From contig OZ316775.1 in assembly GCA_973851085.1 (NCBI GenBank), positions 7,192,001 to 7,256,000 on the forward strand: a DNA stretch of 64,000 bases, written 5' to 3'. This stretch comes from Ptychomitrium polyphyllum (lineage: Eukaryota). The notes beneath the pieces were generated by a model that was given only the letters and a program-made list of their open reading frames with translations, did not search any database and was not told the origin of the DNA. Below, one piece after another: positions 1 to 16,716 of this stretch (position 1 is its first letter; each line of letters begins with the position of its first letter). A program made the position numbers and the translations under genes.

Positions 1-1636
1 AAGGCATGACCTGACATCAAGCTTCACAGGGCAACCATGTTTGCACACTTGTTGTTGCCTTGCTCCCTCACACTTCTGCTTGGCTTCCATTACACATATT
101 TCCTTCCCATTAAGCATGATTCCTTTGGCCTGTCCCATTGTCCATCATTTGGAACCTTTGCTGTATGGAACAGATACAATATGTAAATTTAAAATAGATC
201 AGAGTGTTTTACATACTATAGACTATTGATGCATTCATACCTACTTGACATAGCAAGATTCTCAAACTGTGCTTGATCCGCACAAGCAATATGGTTCATC
301 TCATTATCTGATCATCCACAAATCTCCAATATCTTGTTATTTTCATCCAACAATTGACTATGGAGTGATACTAAAAATTTGTCTAAACATTGTGTTTGTG
401 ATTTTTGATGATTCGTTAGTGTTGTATAGTATATATAAAATCTAACTTTTCATTATTAAAACACAATTGTGATTATAAACATGGTCTCCATCTGAGTTCT
501 AGGAAAAAAATGTAGCTTATTAAATCTAATTTGTAATCTAATTTGAATTTTGAAAAATTCTAAAGTGAGTGATTCATGATAGTTATAAATGGAAAAGATA
601 TTATTGTATTCCTAAACTGTTTATATAATACAAATGTTTTTCCATTATAATTGAATTTAAAATGTAAATCATGCACATGATAAGAAAAAGCTTCCATTGA
701 TGAATAATACAACAATTAAATGAACCTTGTTTAACACTACTAAATTTTCTTTGTTTAGTTTATTTCAAAAAATCAAATTTTAACTAATAACTTCTAAGTA
801 ATCATAATAAGTATAAATCATGTGTCATTCTAAAAGAAAATATATAAAGAATATTAATTTCAACTAAAGTAGTCAAATGAACCATCAAAGGTGAAATTTC
901 ATTTTTAGGTTATAAGTCTATATTTTAAACAATTGTTAAATTATGGCTCTGTCTTCTTCTTATATAATAATTTTATTAATCAAAGCATTTCATTCTTGCT
1001 TTGGATTGTAGAAAATTACTTGGAAATTACATTAAATGCATGTAATAGAAAGCCAACTGAGGTAAGTAATAAGATTAAGGAAGGCTTTTGATTTTTATTT
1101 TAGCAACTAATACAAATATGATCAAATTTATGTTAGATGGTGAAAAAGTTATTTGATGATTATCAACAACCATCTGTCTAATAGAGTCATTCAAAAAAAT
1201 TATTAGATGAACATGTATCATCAAACACAAAAGATCATATAAAGAATCTTATTTAGTTGTTTGAAATACATATTGAATACATATTAAAATTACACATCAA
1301 TTTATTATTAACAAAAAACATACTGCATATAAATGTCAAAAAAATTATCCATATTAAAACTTCAAACCTATATTTATTTATAATTTATTATTCTATCTTT
1401 TCAAGATTATAAAACCATGTAAATCAATAAGGAATTAATTTTGTAAGAATTCTATCATTTAAAAAAGTTGTTTTAAATTCTTAGTTGTAAGGAAATTCTA
1501 TAATAATAAGACTTCTTTCAATCATATATTAAAAATTTGAGTATAAACTAAACAATCATTTCAATATAAAAAGTCTTAATTCTTGATGTTGTTAATTAAT
1601 TATGTAACCAAAATACAAATACATCAAATACAATTA

Positions 1637-1698
1637 AATATATATGTGTGTGTATGTATATATGTATGTATGTATGTTTGTATATATATATATGTGTA
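1637..1698. repeat. Compound (TA)n/(TG)n/(TATG)n microsatellite
   Basis: atatatatgtgtgtgtatgtatatatgtatgtatgtatg... at the edge of the AT-rich intergenic DNA. Confidence 0.85.
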
Positions 1699-2348
1699 TT
1701 CCTTTCTTTCCTTCAATAACACATGTATCTGTTACTGATCTGGCAAATAACACTAAATGCCAGCTGGGTCGTTCCCGGCACGTCCCGTTCCCGCACGTCG
1801 AAGAGCGGCAGTGACGAAACCCGTTTCACACCGGGCAGCAGCGTTTGTGCAAGGGCAGCGCGAGTTCAAAGCATGGCCGCCAGTCCAAGAGCCGCTGCTG
1901 CCGCTGCCGCGGGGTGGGCAAGGCGTGCCGCGAGAATCCAGCCCAGCGCAACGTCTCGACAGGCGGAGGGAGGCAGCGTCGCCAAATTTAAACGGCAGGG
2001 AGGCTCCAGTGAAGCGACGACAGAAGGCAAACCTCGCTCGCCGTCCGCGTCTTGGGCGATTCTCATTCCCAATCTCGTTTTCGGCTGGAGTGGTCGCTCG
2101 GGTTGCGCTCTTCGCCTTGCGCTCCCGTGTTTTCCTTACCTCTCGAGCCACGCCGGATCTCGTTCCCGGACTTCATCTCATTGATTTGCCGGAGGGAAGT
2201 TTTCTTCGCGAGAGGCTGGATTCTGTGGCGTCAGGTCGAGTGGCGAGGGTTTCGTGGCGTGGTAATGCGCGGGAAGTCAGGGGGAGGTTAGGGTTTGGTA
2301 TCTGAGCGAACAGGTTAGAGTCGGCGGGTGTGAGGAGCGTGGTGCATC

Positions 2349-5300
2349 ATGATGATGCACGATGCTGGCATCGAGGCCAAGGAGGCGGCGGTTCGCGAGG
2401 TCGCCAAGTTGCTGCCGTTGCCCGACTCGTTAGCGTCTGTGAACGGCATTCGATCAGATTACGCGTTGCGCCAGCAGGTACATGGTGGTGATGCGATGCG
2501 TGTTTGTGGAACGGATGGCTGAGAACGGGAATGTAGGGAGTGTAGTGTCACTGATCTGCCGAGTTTGTGTTTACTCGAGGTTTGCGTCTTCAATGCGATG
2601 TTAAACCCTAAGGTTACGGGGAAACTGGTACGGTTATCGTTTGTGTCGAAGGTGGGAGCAATGCAATGCTAGTTGGAATTCTGCGTGAATAATTATGTAG
2701 TGATCTACTGGGAATGTAATTTTACTGTAAAGAGACTCCACGGAGCTGATTGTTCTAAATGTTATGTCAGCTACATTGTTCTCTGGCTATCTCGACTAAT
2801 AGGTCGAGATCGTATGTACAGTTCAGTAAACGACTCCGGTTAGAATTGTTGCTGTGAGTTGTTTGATTATCCACTGATGAATCGACGTGATCAATCGAAG
2901 TTTAGAGCATTCTGTAATGAACGTTTTCTTAATTTACGTGGACTCGCTGATTAATGCTCTATCATTTTTGCAGCAAAATGATGCTCAGCTCAGCAGCAGT
3001 GTCATGTCACAGGTTTTTCTGAACTCTTCTTAATTTAGAGATATTTTCCTCTCTTGGAAGTACGGTATTACAAGGATTCCGCTCGTTCAGTAACGGTTGT
3101 TGTGACCTATTTTTAATGCATAATTTACAAAGTTTTGAGACAATGGTGAGATACCACTGAGTAGACTTTGACGGGGTATGTACTGGGGACTGTTGCATTG
3201 ACGCTAGGAGCTTGAGATTATATAGAATCTTTCCTTCATTTTCGTAGCAGGTGTTCCTCTGTTTCTACTGTACATGATTTGAAGGAACTCACTTCAACAG
3301 GTAGAGCAAGCCAGGGCAGGCATCGACGCTCTTGCTGACTCGCAGCACAAGATTGGAAGTCTTCGTGAAAATTTTGAACTTATTGACAGGTGCGTTTACT
3401 TCAAAACGCACACAAATACAATGCAGAAGGGTTTTAGAACAGGGTTGTTATTGTGTGTGGGAATACCGTCGGGGAGAGCTTTAATGATTCTTTTTTGTCC
3501 AGAGAGTGACAGCATTAATATCACGCCGACCTTCCAGAATGGAACTATATTTATTGCACACCTTGCATGTCAAGTTTTTAGATTGTAGGGAACCTTTGTA
3601 AGTTGGATCTTCTCTGTGGTCTTTGATTGTCGATCGAGAATTTTGGTTGGAGTTGTCAACAGGAAAGGAATTTTGCTTAACCATGTGGGATGTGTCATGT
3701 GTTTCGGGCGGAAATACAGGTTATGTCGAGAATGCCAGACGCTGATTGAGCATCACGATCAAATAAAGCTTCTTAGTAATGCCCGTAACAATTTGAATAC
3801 AACCTTAAAGGTTCCGCTCACTCTCCAAATTCTTGAATTTCTCTTTTACAACTGCAGGTTCAATGTGCAAGTGTAAATAGGTTTAAGAAATCGTAACCGC
3901 GTGGCCTATCACGTCAATACAGGATGTTGAAGGCATGATGTCTATTTCTACGGAAGCTGCAGAAGCAAGAGCTTCACTTTCAGATGAACGAGAGTTATTG
4001 CGGACTTTTGAGGTAGATGATTATCTGAATCTTGTTCTTGAAGTCTACGGTCAATAAAAAAATTCTACGAAGAAGTGACGCATTTCTTAGATGTTTATTA
4101 ATTTTAAGTCAATCTGCCTGGAATGGTGCTAGTACAGTGGGCTTACAATATTGCTGGCTTGAGCTGCAGGCATTGACAGCACTTGAGCAGAAAAGACGGT
4201 TTGCTTTAGCTACAGTGTCAACACGAAGAGAAGAAGCTGGAAAATTAACGTGAGTGAGGTCACATCTTTCACTTGCGTCGGCCTCTTATAAACTATTTTC
4301 ATGAGTAATTTCGATTTGATATGCCGTTTTGAAATTAATGCAATGTTAAATGATCTCGCTGCAGGGAGTACTTTGAAGATGTTAGCAACACGCGAGCAAA
4401 GTTTGAGCAGACTCTGTGGGGCCATATCGGCAAATTTTTTCAAATTGCAAGAGATAGGTACCCATTGAATTTATCTTCAGTACTTTCATTGTTTTATAAA
4501 CAGACATGCTACCCAAATCCTTTTATACTTGACACTTGTCACTTTCGTTTGAACAATAGTCATTTGACAAGTATTTTATTGTATGTGCAGTCCTCAGACC
4601 CTGGTGCGGGCACTAAGGTATGATGCCAAAGACGTTGCTGTGTCTCTTTGTATTTGTTAAATTTATGAACCCATTTCAGAATGTAACCAATGTCTGACCC
4701 ATAAATATTCTTCTAAGTTGTTTTATGCGTCTTTTTGGCATGATGGCTTGAACTCTTTGAATGCAAAGAAGACTTATCTGTCAGACTTATTTCCAAAGAA
4801 GACTTGTTAGTTCAGGCTTAGTTGGTACTGATCTGGTAAGTAGGCATTCAAGCATGTATTTCAATGCAACTTTTAAGCATGTGCAAGTGTGCCTTGATTG
4901 GATCATGGTATATCTTTTTGCAGGGTTGTGGAGATGCAGGAAATTCTGGACCAGCAGCAAGCTGAGGAAGCTGCCGAAGCAGAGGGTGCTGGACCAATGT
5001 CCAACCTCCCAGCCCCTAGAGCTATTCGCAAGTAAGGCGAAATACTTGATTGGCTCTGTATTTGACATTGTATCTTCTCTGATTGATCGTTAATATGCTA
5101 GACTCTGGAGGTAGAACCTTATTTTAATTTTAATCTTTTTGTCAGCCATCGACCGCCCTGTTCTGCCATTTACTCGCACCAAACGTTCACCTTCACTATT
5201 ACTTACATGGATCATCGACAAACACTTTAATTTGAGAACTAACAGTTTGGTTGACAAACGTAGCAGGGGGGCTGACAGACGTCAAACTAGCGTGTACTTA

Positions 5301-8300
5301 CATATTGTCTATCTTCAGATCACAGAATCTGTCTCAACCTCCTGAGGAACAACCTAAACCCAAAGTTGGTGGGTTAGGGTACAAGGATCGTTGCTACGAA
5401 GAGATTAGAAAGACAATTGAGGCTAGATTCGACGTCTTGTTAAAGACGGTGAGAGATTTTTTATTTTATTTTTAATTTTGGAATGTCTTCAATTTTTTGT
5501 TATATTAAAATTTTATCTTCCGATTGCATGAATATATTACCTATTTTCTTTTCTCAATATGTATCTTCATGTTTCTGCAGCTTGTAGTGGAGGATCTGAA
5601 AGCAGCTTTGGAGGAAGCTAGTGCGGTGAGTTCTTTATATATTTTAGGGATGTTAATGTATAGAATTTGCACGAGTGTTATCTATGCTCAATATACTCAA
5701 GTGCAGAGGTCTGAATTTTACATTTAGTGTCAGGTCATAACACCCCAATATGTTAAGGGAAAGGTTCCATTCTGATGGTTTTTTTGTGGCCTTCTGCCCC
5801 AAAAAGGCCAATTAGAAAGAGGAAACTAGCATATTCTAGAGCCGTTTTAAATAACTTGAACCCATATGGCACGACGGGTCTTAGTTTTTGTTATGACTTT
5901 ATTGACAGGATTGTAAGCTATTTTGGATATATCATAGAAGTCAATCGTTGCTGAATGACTTGGTGGAAGCTTACGTTTTATCTTCTAGAAGTATTCAGCG
6001 TGTTAAAATTCATCTCGGAAGTATGAAGGACGAACCTAATGAAGGTCGTGGGTCTATTTAAAGAATACTGATTCAATACTTGTAGTTGAGTTGGAATAGT
6101 GTGAATTCGTTTAAGATACTATTTGCTTTCAATAAAAAATAAACTTCATCTATTTGCTGCTATGAAGCAGGAGAATAATTTTGTCCCAAAGTGCTGAATG
6201 TGCAGATTGCTTTAGAGCTCCCTGATATCTTTGACTATGTTGCTCCATGTTTTCCCCCACGGTAATCATCGTTATTTTATGCTATGCATTTTTTGGTGTC
6301 CTGCATGTTTAGATTTGCTAGAAGTTTCATGCTTTCATATTCAGTTTGGGATGACTTGAATTCTTACAACGTGAAGAGATGTATGCAGATATGAGATATT
6401 CAAGTACTGCGTGCATTTGTATACGGAGCGTTTCATTCAAATGCTTCGAAGGCTTGGTGACAGAGCTAGTGAATTATCCAACCTTGAAATACTAAAGGTA
6501 ACGTATCTAGAGTTCTGGATTCATCTTTGAGCAGATACCTTTTTTCTTCTGAATTGATTGCATTGACCTATTATTAAGTATGCAAAACTCATCTTCGTTA
6601 CAGGTTACAGGGTGGGTCGTGAACTTTCAAGAGCAATTAATACAATTGGGTATTGAAGAAGGATTAGCAGCTCAGTGTGCTGAAAGTGGAGCTATGGATC
6701 CACTGATGGATGCTTACGTGGACAGGATGCAGATGTCCATGCGGGTATGATCTTCATGATGTAGTCAGCATTGCGTAGTTGTATAGTTGGAATACTTTGC
6801 TGTTCCTTTTGAAAATTAGAAAAAAAATGTAAAAAAGAAGAAGCAACTGTTGATTTTCCGGAAATGGTGCAGAAATGGTATACAAATATCCTGGAAGCAG
6901 ATAGGACAAATCCTCCAAAGAGAAGTGACGATGGTAGACTCTACACCCCAGCAGGTGTAGACCTGTTTCGCATCCTCACAGAGCAAGTCCAAGTTGTGCA
7001 AGAGAATAGCACTGACGTTATGCTTTATCGAATTGCTTTGGCTGTTATTCAGGTTGGTTGTCCTTCTATGCTATCTCACCAGAAACAATTTGTACATTAC
7101 CTCATGTATTTGTACGTAAGATGAGGTAGTTGTGACAATTTTTTTCTGAGACTTGAGAATTGTCTGCAGATTATGAATGAGTTCCAAGCAGCACAGCGGA
7201 AGAGACTTGAAGAACCAGCAGCTGATATAGGACTGGAGCCTTTTTGTGCTATGGTAAAGCTTTTACTGTAACTGATGTCTTGTGCATTCTGAATTGCATG
7301 CAGCAGGATTGCCAAATCTGCAGCAGTTTCAGCACAAAACGAGCCTTTCTGTCCGACTTTCTGATCTCACCTGATGTTTATTATTATGCAGGTGAACAGC
7401 AATTACAAGTGTCATGAATTGGCATTAGAGCTCAGCAACAGTGTCATGGAAGCTCTTACTCCTTATTATGTTGAGCAGGTGGGATCAATTTTAGAGGATA
7501 CCCTAGACTCCTTAGCCTAGCTTGATGAGGTATTTCTGAGCTGAATGTACTCAAGAATACCATGTGGTGTTGCTTACTTCCAATTGTTTGTCGCTTATGC
7601 AGGTCAATTTTGAGGATACATGCAAGGGATTTCTTGAGGTTGGAAAGGTAAGACCAGAAAGTCCTTGTCCGAAATGGTCCTGATTTTTTATTCTTTGTAT
7701 TGACTTTTCATGGCTGCTCTCAGTTTTTCTATCATGACTCGTGCTAATGTCAGGCTCACTTAACACAATTTGTATCGATGCCTGCAGGAGGCCTTGTCGC
7801 AGGCTGTGGAAGTTATCTTTGAGGACCCTGGCGTGAAAGAACTAATTGGAAAACTTTATCAGAAAGGTATTCTCTCAATGCATTATGAAGCGTTATCTCA
7901 GGCATTTTTAAGCTTATGATCTGAAGGCTGGTTCGTTTTTTTCTGGTCCATTGATCAACGAAACGCTCAGTTTGATTGAGGTGTTTTTGTACAGTGGTTA
8001 TGTTATAGCGATATAACTTATGGGAACAGTTCTGATGTGACGGTCTATGAACTAGAGGCGTCTATGATAATATTGTTGTGTAGTATGATGGATTAAATTT
8101 TGAGTCTTTCCATGTACTTATCTTCGTGTGGTCATACAGACTGGTACGAAGGTTTGGTAACAGAGTATCTTGTGGCCACCTTCACGGACTACTTTGGAGA
8201 CGTCAAGTTGTAAGCCTTTCCTTGACTCAGTACATTGGTTTTTTTGCGAATTGGAGCAAGTTCACTATTATGAGTTCAAGGTCGTATTTGTTTTCCTGTT

Positions 8301-9490
8301 GTTAAGGTCTTCTGAAAAGTTCCATGCTCTTGGTTTGTTCTTCTAGGTATGTGGAGGAGAGATCTTATAAAAGGTTTGCTGAGGCATGTCTTGAAACAAC
8401 CATTGTCCTGTATGTGGATCGGCTTCTTACCCAGGTCTGTAACGAGCGTCATCTCTACATTTGAGATCGTAGGTATTTGTGGTGTAAATCAAATTCTCGC
8501 GTTTGAAAATAGGCGAGATCTGACGATCCATCTAAGTGCTTGCAATATCCACAAAGTTTCATTATATGACCAATTGAGAGAATTTACTGTGGTGTCCTAC
8601 AGAAAGGACACATCAAGGAGGAAACTTTGAAGAGACTTGAGGTTGATGAAGAAGTAATTGGCGAGTTCTTCCGGGAGATAATTACACCTGCTGTGAGTAC
8701 TGATGTGTGCTCTTAAAGCAAAAGTTATGGTTTGGTTCGGCTTGTTACCTGACATTATGCTACATGTTATGTTCTGCTCAATTCTGACTGATTGTTTCTT
8801 TGCAAAGCAGAAAGTGGATAAGCGCATCCTACCACTAGCTGAGCTTCGGGATCTTGCATCTGCAGAAAGCGTAGATGCCTTTACTGAGGCATACGCAAAA
8901 CTTCTACAGAACCACCCAGATTGCCCAGTAAGATAACACAGAGCTTTTTTCATACACCATTTGAGATCTGCAGATGTCTCACACAGTTATGCTTTATATG
9001 CTGATATTTCTATGCAAATTGCTTGTTAAAATGTTGCTCTGCCAAAACTTGACCTGTAGAGATGCTTGTCATCATAATTATGAGCTAATTTCCGCCATTG
9101 AAATATTGCAGCCCGAAGTAGTAGAGAAGCTGGTGGCATTGCGAGATGATATACCCAAGAAAGACGCCAAAGAAGTAAACTACCTTCACCATGAAACACA
9201 AATAGAACACTGCTTTAGTAAATCTTCTATGTGTTTTTGTATCTCTGGTCTGAATTCAAACCCCTCATTTGGGCAATGCTTCATTCCATTTCATGAGATC
9301 CAGACTCAATGAAGTCCTGCGAAATATTCTACCTCACGTGTATTTGGAACTGTGACTTGTTTGGGAGCAGGTCGTTGCAGAGTGCAGAGCTCTTTATGCT
9401 GAGAAGTTAAAGCATGGGGAACTCCCAAAGCCTGGTCTTGTGTTCAGTAGACTGACTTGTCTACCAAAATCCAGGCTGGGCCGGAAGTGA
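2349..9490 (+). CDS. SEC6: Exocyst complex component SEC6, about 25 coding exons
   Basis: ATG at 2349 gives [26 protein letters not shown]. Later exons encode [51 protein letters not shown] and [38 protein letters not shown], all matching plant SEC6 as I recall it. GT-AG junctions were traced in frame to TGA at 9488-9490. Confidence 0.96.
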
Positions 9491-10262
9491 GCGGAGAGGA
9501 AAAGAAGATTTTAACATAGCTGCTTCCAAGGATTTGATTCTTTTCATATCTACATTCATCTTGTCTATGTTCAGCGTTGTTGTTGACTTGGTGAAAAGCA
9601 CTGAAGCATATTGATCCTGTCTGGTTAGCTCTTTTATTCAGCTGATTGATTTATCATCATGAATCAGGAAGAATGTAGTATAGGATGCCAGTGTTAGTAC
9701 AAAGAACCATTTGGCACCAGGGTCGATTTGGAATTCTCCTCTAATAACTTTATAGAAGAATCTCTTGTTTATAGACTGTAGACTTCCTTACATGTCCTAT
9801 AATATCATCATTCTGGTTACTCTTTGTACAATGGGCGTCGAGGTGTCTCGCTGCGAAGGAAGGGGGAAGATATATCTTGTCCATTTGAATTGTTCACGAG
9901 TTTTTGTTGGTATCACCATGGGTGAACTTTGGTAATAATTTTATAATAAAAACCATATTCAACTTCTCGTATACATAATTGCGGTGGTTTTGAATCATCA
10001 GACTTATTTCAGACACTTATCTATTGCACAAATTAACAATAAATTATCAAATCAGTAGCTAGCAGAATAAGCCTGAGTTGAAAAACAATTTTCCAGGCGT
10101 TTGTAACAAACAAGGGTACAGCAACTGGTTAGATATGTTTAATTTCTAAAGCTTAGAACATACAAGAAGGTGCTCGCATGTGTAACAAAATACTGATACA
10201 AGAGCTTCAACGCTCCAAAAACCTACACAATTGTGTCCGCAATATACTCGGTTGTAAACACT

Positions 10263-12826
<2,564 letters not shown>

Positions 12827-12829
12827 CTA

Positions 12830-12871
12830 TACACACACACACACTCACACTCACACTCAAACTCACACACA
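12830..12871. repeat. (CA)n/(CACACT)n microsatellite in the FtsH 5' region
   Basis: acacacacacacactcacactcacactcaaactcacacac. Confidence 0.85.
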
Positions 12872-13259
12872 GTGCAAAACTGCAAGTTTTGATGAAAAAC
12901 TAAAAGTGTCGATGATGCTGAGTACGCACCCTACACAACACAGGCACCGCAATGGAAGTGTGGAATTCTGAATCTGGGGTGACCAGTGTGTAATATGTAC
13001 AGCGCGTGCGCATGGCATGCAGTGTGTAATGTAGGACGTCCTCCACCCACCGCGAAACGCAACCGGATAACGTCACTGCGCACACGACGCCTGCGGCGAA
13101 CGAGTGGACGAGGCCGGCGGCCCTCCCACCGCGGTGGGACGGCGCAAGCTCCGCGCGGAACCGTCAAGATGTAATGGTGGCTAGGTAACTGTTCTGGCTT
13201 AGAATGTCATGCTTCCTTGTGCAGGAGTCGGAAGACTTTTGAATCTGCGCTGCTTTTCG

Positions 13260-13268
13260 ACACGTGGC
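13260..13268. promoter_or_regulatory. G-box/ABRE motif upstream of FtsH
   Basis: ACACGTGGC about 480 bp upstream of the FtsH ATG; function is inferred only. Confidence 0.35.
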
Positions 13269-15234
13269 GGAGCCATCTCCACGGGGGAGATTCTTTTTCT
13301 AATTTTTTCCATTCTCCGGCAGTTGGGCCACACCGGAGTGGTTGATCGACGGAGAGGCTTTATAAGTGTTTTGCGGGATGGAGCTCAGGTAGGTTGCTTG
13401 ATTGACACCTCTTGTGTCGCTTCTTCCCGGGGTGTCTCTGCTTGGGCCGCTTTTGCACCACCGCGGATTCATAAAGGTTCGTTCACCTTGTTGGCAGCGT
13501 TTCAAAGCGGTTGCTTGTGAGCTTTCTTTCTCTGTTCTTCAACGCTGCAGATTAACTTACATCGCACACGGCTGAGCGACCCAGGCTTTGCGTAGGTGGT
13601 CTTCTGGTCCAATGGTGTCCCCGTTTCGTCACACGTAGTCCTAAATATATTTTGCTATGGAAATGTACGTCCTCTTTACATGTGGCAGCTCACCTTATAG
13701 AAACGACCATGGATTTTTCTTTCCAACATTTTGTTTATGCCCTACAATGAGAGTTGGTTGCTTCTTTGTAAGGTCAGCTGCTAAGAGTGACAGGACAGCA
13801 ATGGCACCGAGATGTATCTCATCTGGTCACTCTGGGCATTGTAGATGGAAGGTGTTGTTCTGTAGTACTTGCATTACCTTTCAATTATAAAGACAAATTG
13901 AAATGATTTAAAAAGTTTGGATTGTTATGGATGTAACTTAGAAATACAAATAGGTTGAGAATATTTACAAGTCGAATGTCATTATAATTAATTTTAAAAA
14001 TAATTTCATGACCTTTTTAAAAAATTATTGGAACTTTTTTGAAGTGGTAACAAAGAAATTCACAATTATGCCATAATTTTGGTGCCTACTTTCATGATGC
14101 TAGATTTTCATTTGTAAAGTTTCAATATTAACACAACTTATTGAATATGATTTTAGAAAAAATCTATGTTTTACCATTATAAAACATTCATAGCACTTGC
14201 ATTGCAAAATGTTTTATGACAAAAATTTGAAATTGATTAAAATATGTGTTTATTTAGATTCAAAACAAGTCCAATTTTGTTTGTTTTTAAATAATGAATG
14301 GTTGATGTAGTGACAAATCTTGTATGGGCAAGCTTATCTTAAATCTCATTTTAAAATACTAATTCATTTAATTTTTAGTGATTATTTTTGTTTAAATTGA
14401 AAGTAATGCAATTGTTTTATACCTTGATTTTAATCAATACCTTCTAACTTAAGCTAAAAAGATATAAGTTGTTTATAGGTGGTACATGCAAGCACAACTA
14501 ATTTTGCATGTATTTGAACAAATCTAGCTCTGGATCATATTTTAATACTTAACAAACATCATTTTTTTGAAAATCAATGAAAGATATTATTTAATTAATT
14601 TATTTTAAACTTTCATTAAACTAACAAAAAAACCTATAAATGTATATAAAAGATTAAATGTTTGTGCCAAATGGACTAAGCAAATGTGATGATTTCATGT
14701 ATTAAATGCCATCATTAGTAATCAAAGTAAAAAACTCACGATAAAATTACATAGTAGCAATTGCTTGAAGGCATAAGCTTAATTTGGAAAACTAGGTGAC
14801 AAATTCCTCCAAATGTGAATAGAATAAGATTTTTAAAACTAATACAATACAAGTAATGGAAATATTCTTTCAAAAACGATCTTTAAGAAAATTGTTGAAA
14901 GATGTTATGATCTATTTCAAATGAGTTTATGTTCTATGCAGCTAAAAGCTACAAAATACTTCCAAAGTCATATTTATAAAAGTAACATCTAATTATAAGA
15001 TGCAAGACACAATGATGCTTCAATAATACAATATTTTCAAATTTTAAAAACATCATTGTCGCAACCCTTGCAATGCATTTTAACAATTGTTACAAATGCC
15101 AAACTTGTATACTCCCACATGCACATGCTTAGCCCCTATTTCTATTCTCTAAGCCCAAAGCTTGGTTTCTAATTCTTCCTACTCGTCTCTCTTAAAACAT
15201 CCAATTGGTTGATAGCGATTGAATAGGTGTAGCC

Positions 15235-15807
15235 TATCACGGGCATACATATTAGAAGCATCTAAAAAGGTTCTTAGAAGATTTAGGAAGCTTCTAAGGA
15301 AGTTTCCTTGATTTATGAAACTTTCAAGGAAGTTACTTTGAATTTAGGAAGCTTCAAAGGAAATTGCCTTGACTTAGAAAGCTTCCAAGGAAGTTATTTT
15401 GGGATAAGGAAGCTTCTAAGGAAGGTGCCTTGACTTATGAAACTTCCAAAGGAATTGCCACAAATAAAGAAGCTTCCAAGGAAGTTACCTTGGCTTAGGA
15501 AGCTTCTAAGGAAGTTACCTTGGCCTTAGAAACTTCCAAAGAAGCAACTCAAAGTTGCTTGAGTACAAAGCAATGTAGCTGAAGCTTTTCAAGAAGCTTC
15601 TAAGGCTTCTAGTTCTAATATATATATATAAATTGAGGCTGAAGAGCTCTTCAATTTTGACAACGCATCTCTTGTAGTCTTTTTCAAACCTTCTGGCCTT
15701 ATTTTTTATACCTTGTTGTAGCTCTTTACCTCTAATATACTTAAATTTATTTTATTCTACATCTTGCAATCCTAGAGCCTTGTCTTGTCATTACTCTAAC
15801 CGTAACA
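15235..15807 (+). repeat. 5' LTR of element A, containing ~9 copies of a ~30-bp tandem repeat and a TATA box
   Basis: Begins TATCACGGGCATACAT (degenerate TG start), ends CGTAACA; homologous to 25450-25869. Confidence 0.9.
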
Positions 15808-16716
15808 GTTTGTCGAGAATGTTATACAACAATATCAAAGCTTGGTCTTTTTTGATGGAGAGCAGATCACCCCTGTTTCTTGAAAGCACTATAGCACTCT
15901 AGAGGTTGCAAATTACCCTCCTCTGAATTGATATTTCCTCTTGAATTTTCTTTAATTTCTTACATAGATAGTAATTTTTATCTATTCTCACCTCATTTTT
16001 ATGCTAGGGGTAAAAAAATTGATATGACTAATTCAAAAGAAACAAAGTTAGATTCTTTTAACAATGCCTTGGAAGCATTGAGGATCAAGACCAAGAATTT
16101 ATCCTCAAAAAAACAAAGAATTGTATATATAATCATACACAATGGTCAAGAAGAAGAAACACCGCAGTTGCTATCTCAGGTCAAGTTAGGTGCTTCATTG
16201 TCTAGACTTGATTTGGTGGACGACAAACAAATTCAAACTAGGAATTCAATGCTAATGACTAAAGAATCAAGAATCAATCTTCCAAAAAAGTAATATAGTA
16301 CGCTTTTGAAATTTCAAGGCTTTATAAACCAAGTTCAACTTGTTACCTTCCTTCAACTTCGGCGGTATCTTATGAACGCTTCGCATGTTGATTTGGTACC
16401 AATGTAACTTTCAAGACAAGCATTGTCCTGGTTTGTACCACTTTTTGAAAATAATTCTCCTATACTTAGCAACTTTGATGCTTTCTTAGCCGCATTTGCA
16501 GAAGCATTTGGTCACCATGATAAGCTTTGTTTTGCAATTACTAAAATTTGAGCCTTGCACCAAGGTCCACATTCTATGTCAATTTATACATTAAAATTTT
16601 GCTAACTTGCATGCCACATCAATTGAAGAGAAGGACCGCTAATGAGTCAATTTCATTTGGAAGTACGCGACGAGATTAAGGATTTATTGCTATCCATGCT
16701 AGACCATCAAACACTT

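Noticed and set aside
1723..2305. Several 130-180 aa overlapping ORFs upstream of SEC6
   Set aside because: GC-rich promoter/5' UTR where stop codons are rare; no recognisable domain and open in multiple frames.
15281..15550. Regular ~30-bp palindromic repeats that could suggest a CRISPR array
   Set aside because: Head-to-tail units without unique spacers, located inside an LTR in eukaryotic DNA, with no cas genes.
15831..15841. AATATCAAAGC resembling a tRNA-iMet PBS (TGGTATCAGAGC)
   Set aside because: Lacks TGG and lies ~23 nt from the LTR end; the adjacent self-complementary motif fits better, though this alternative is not fully excluded.
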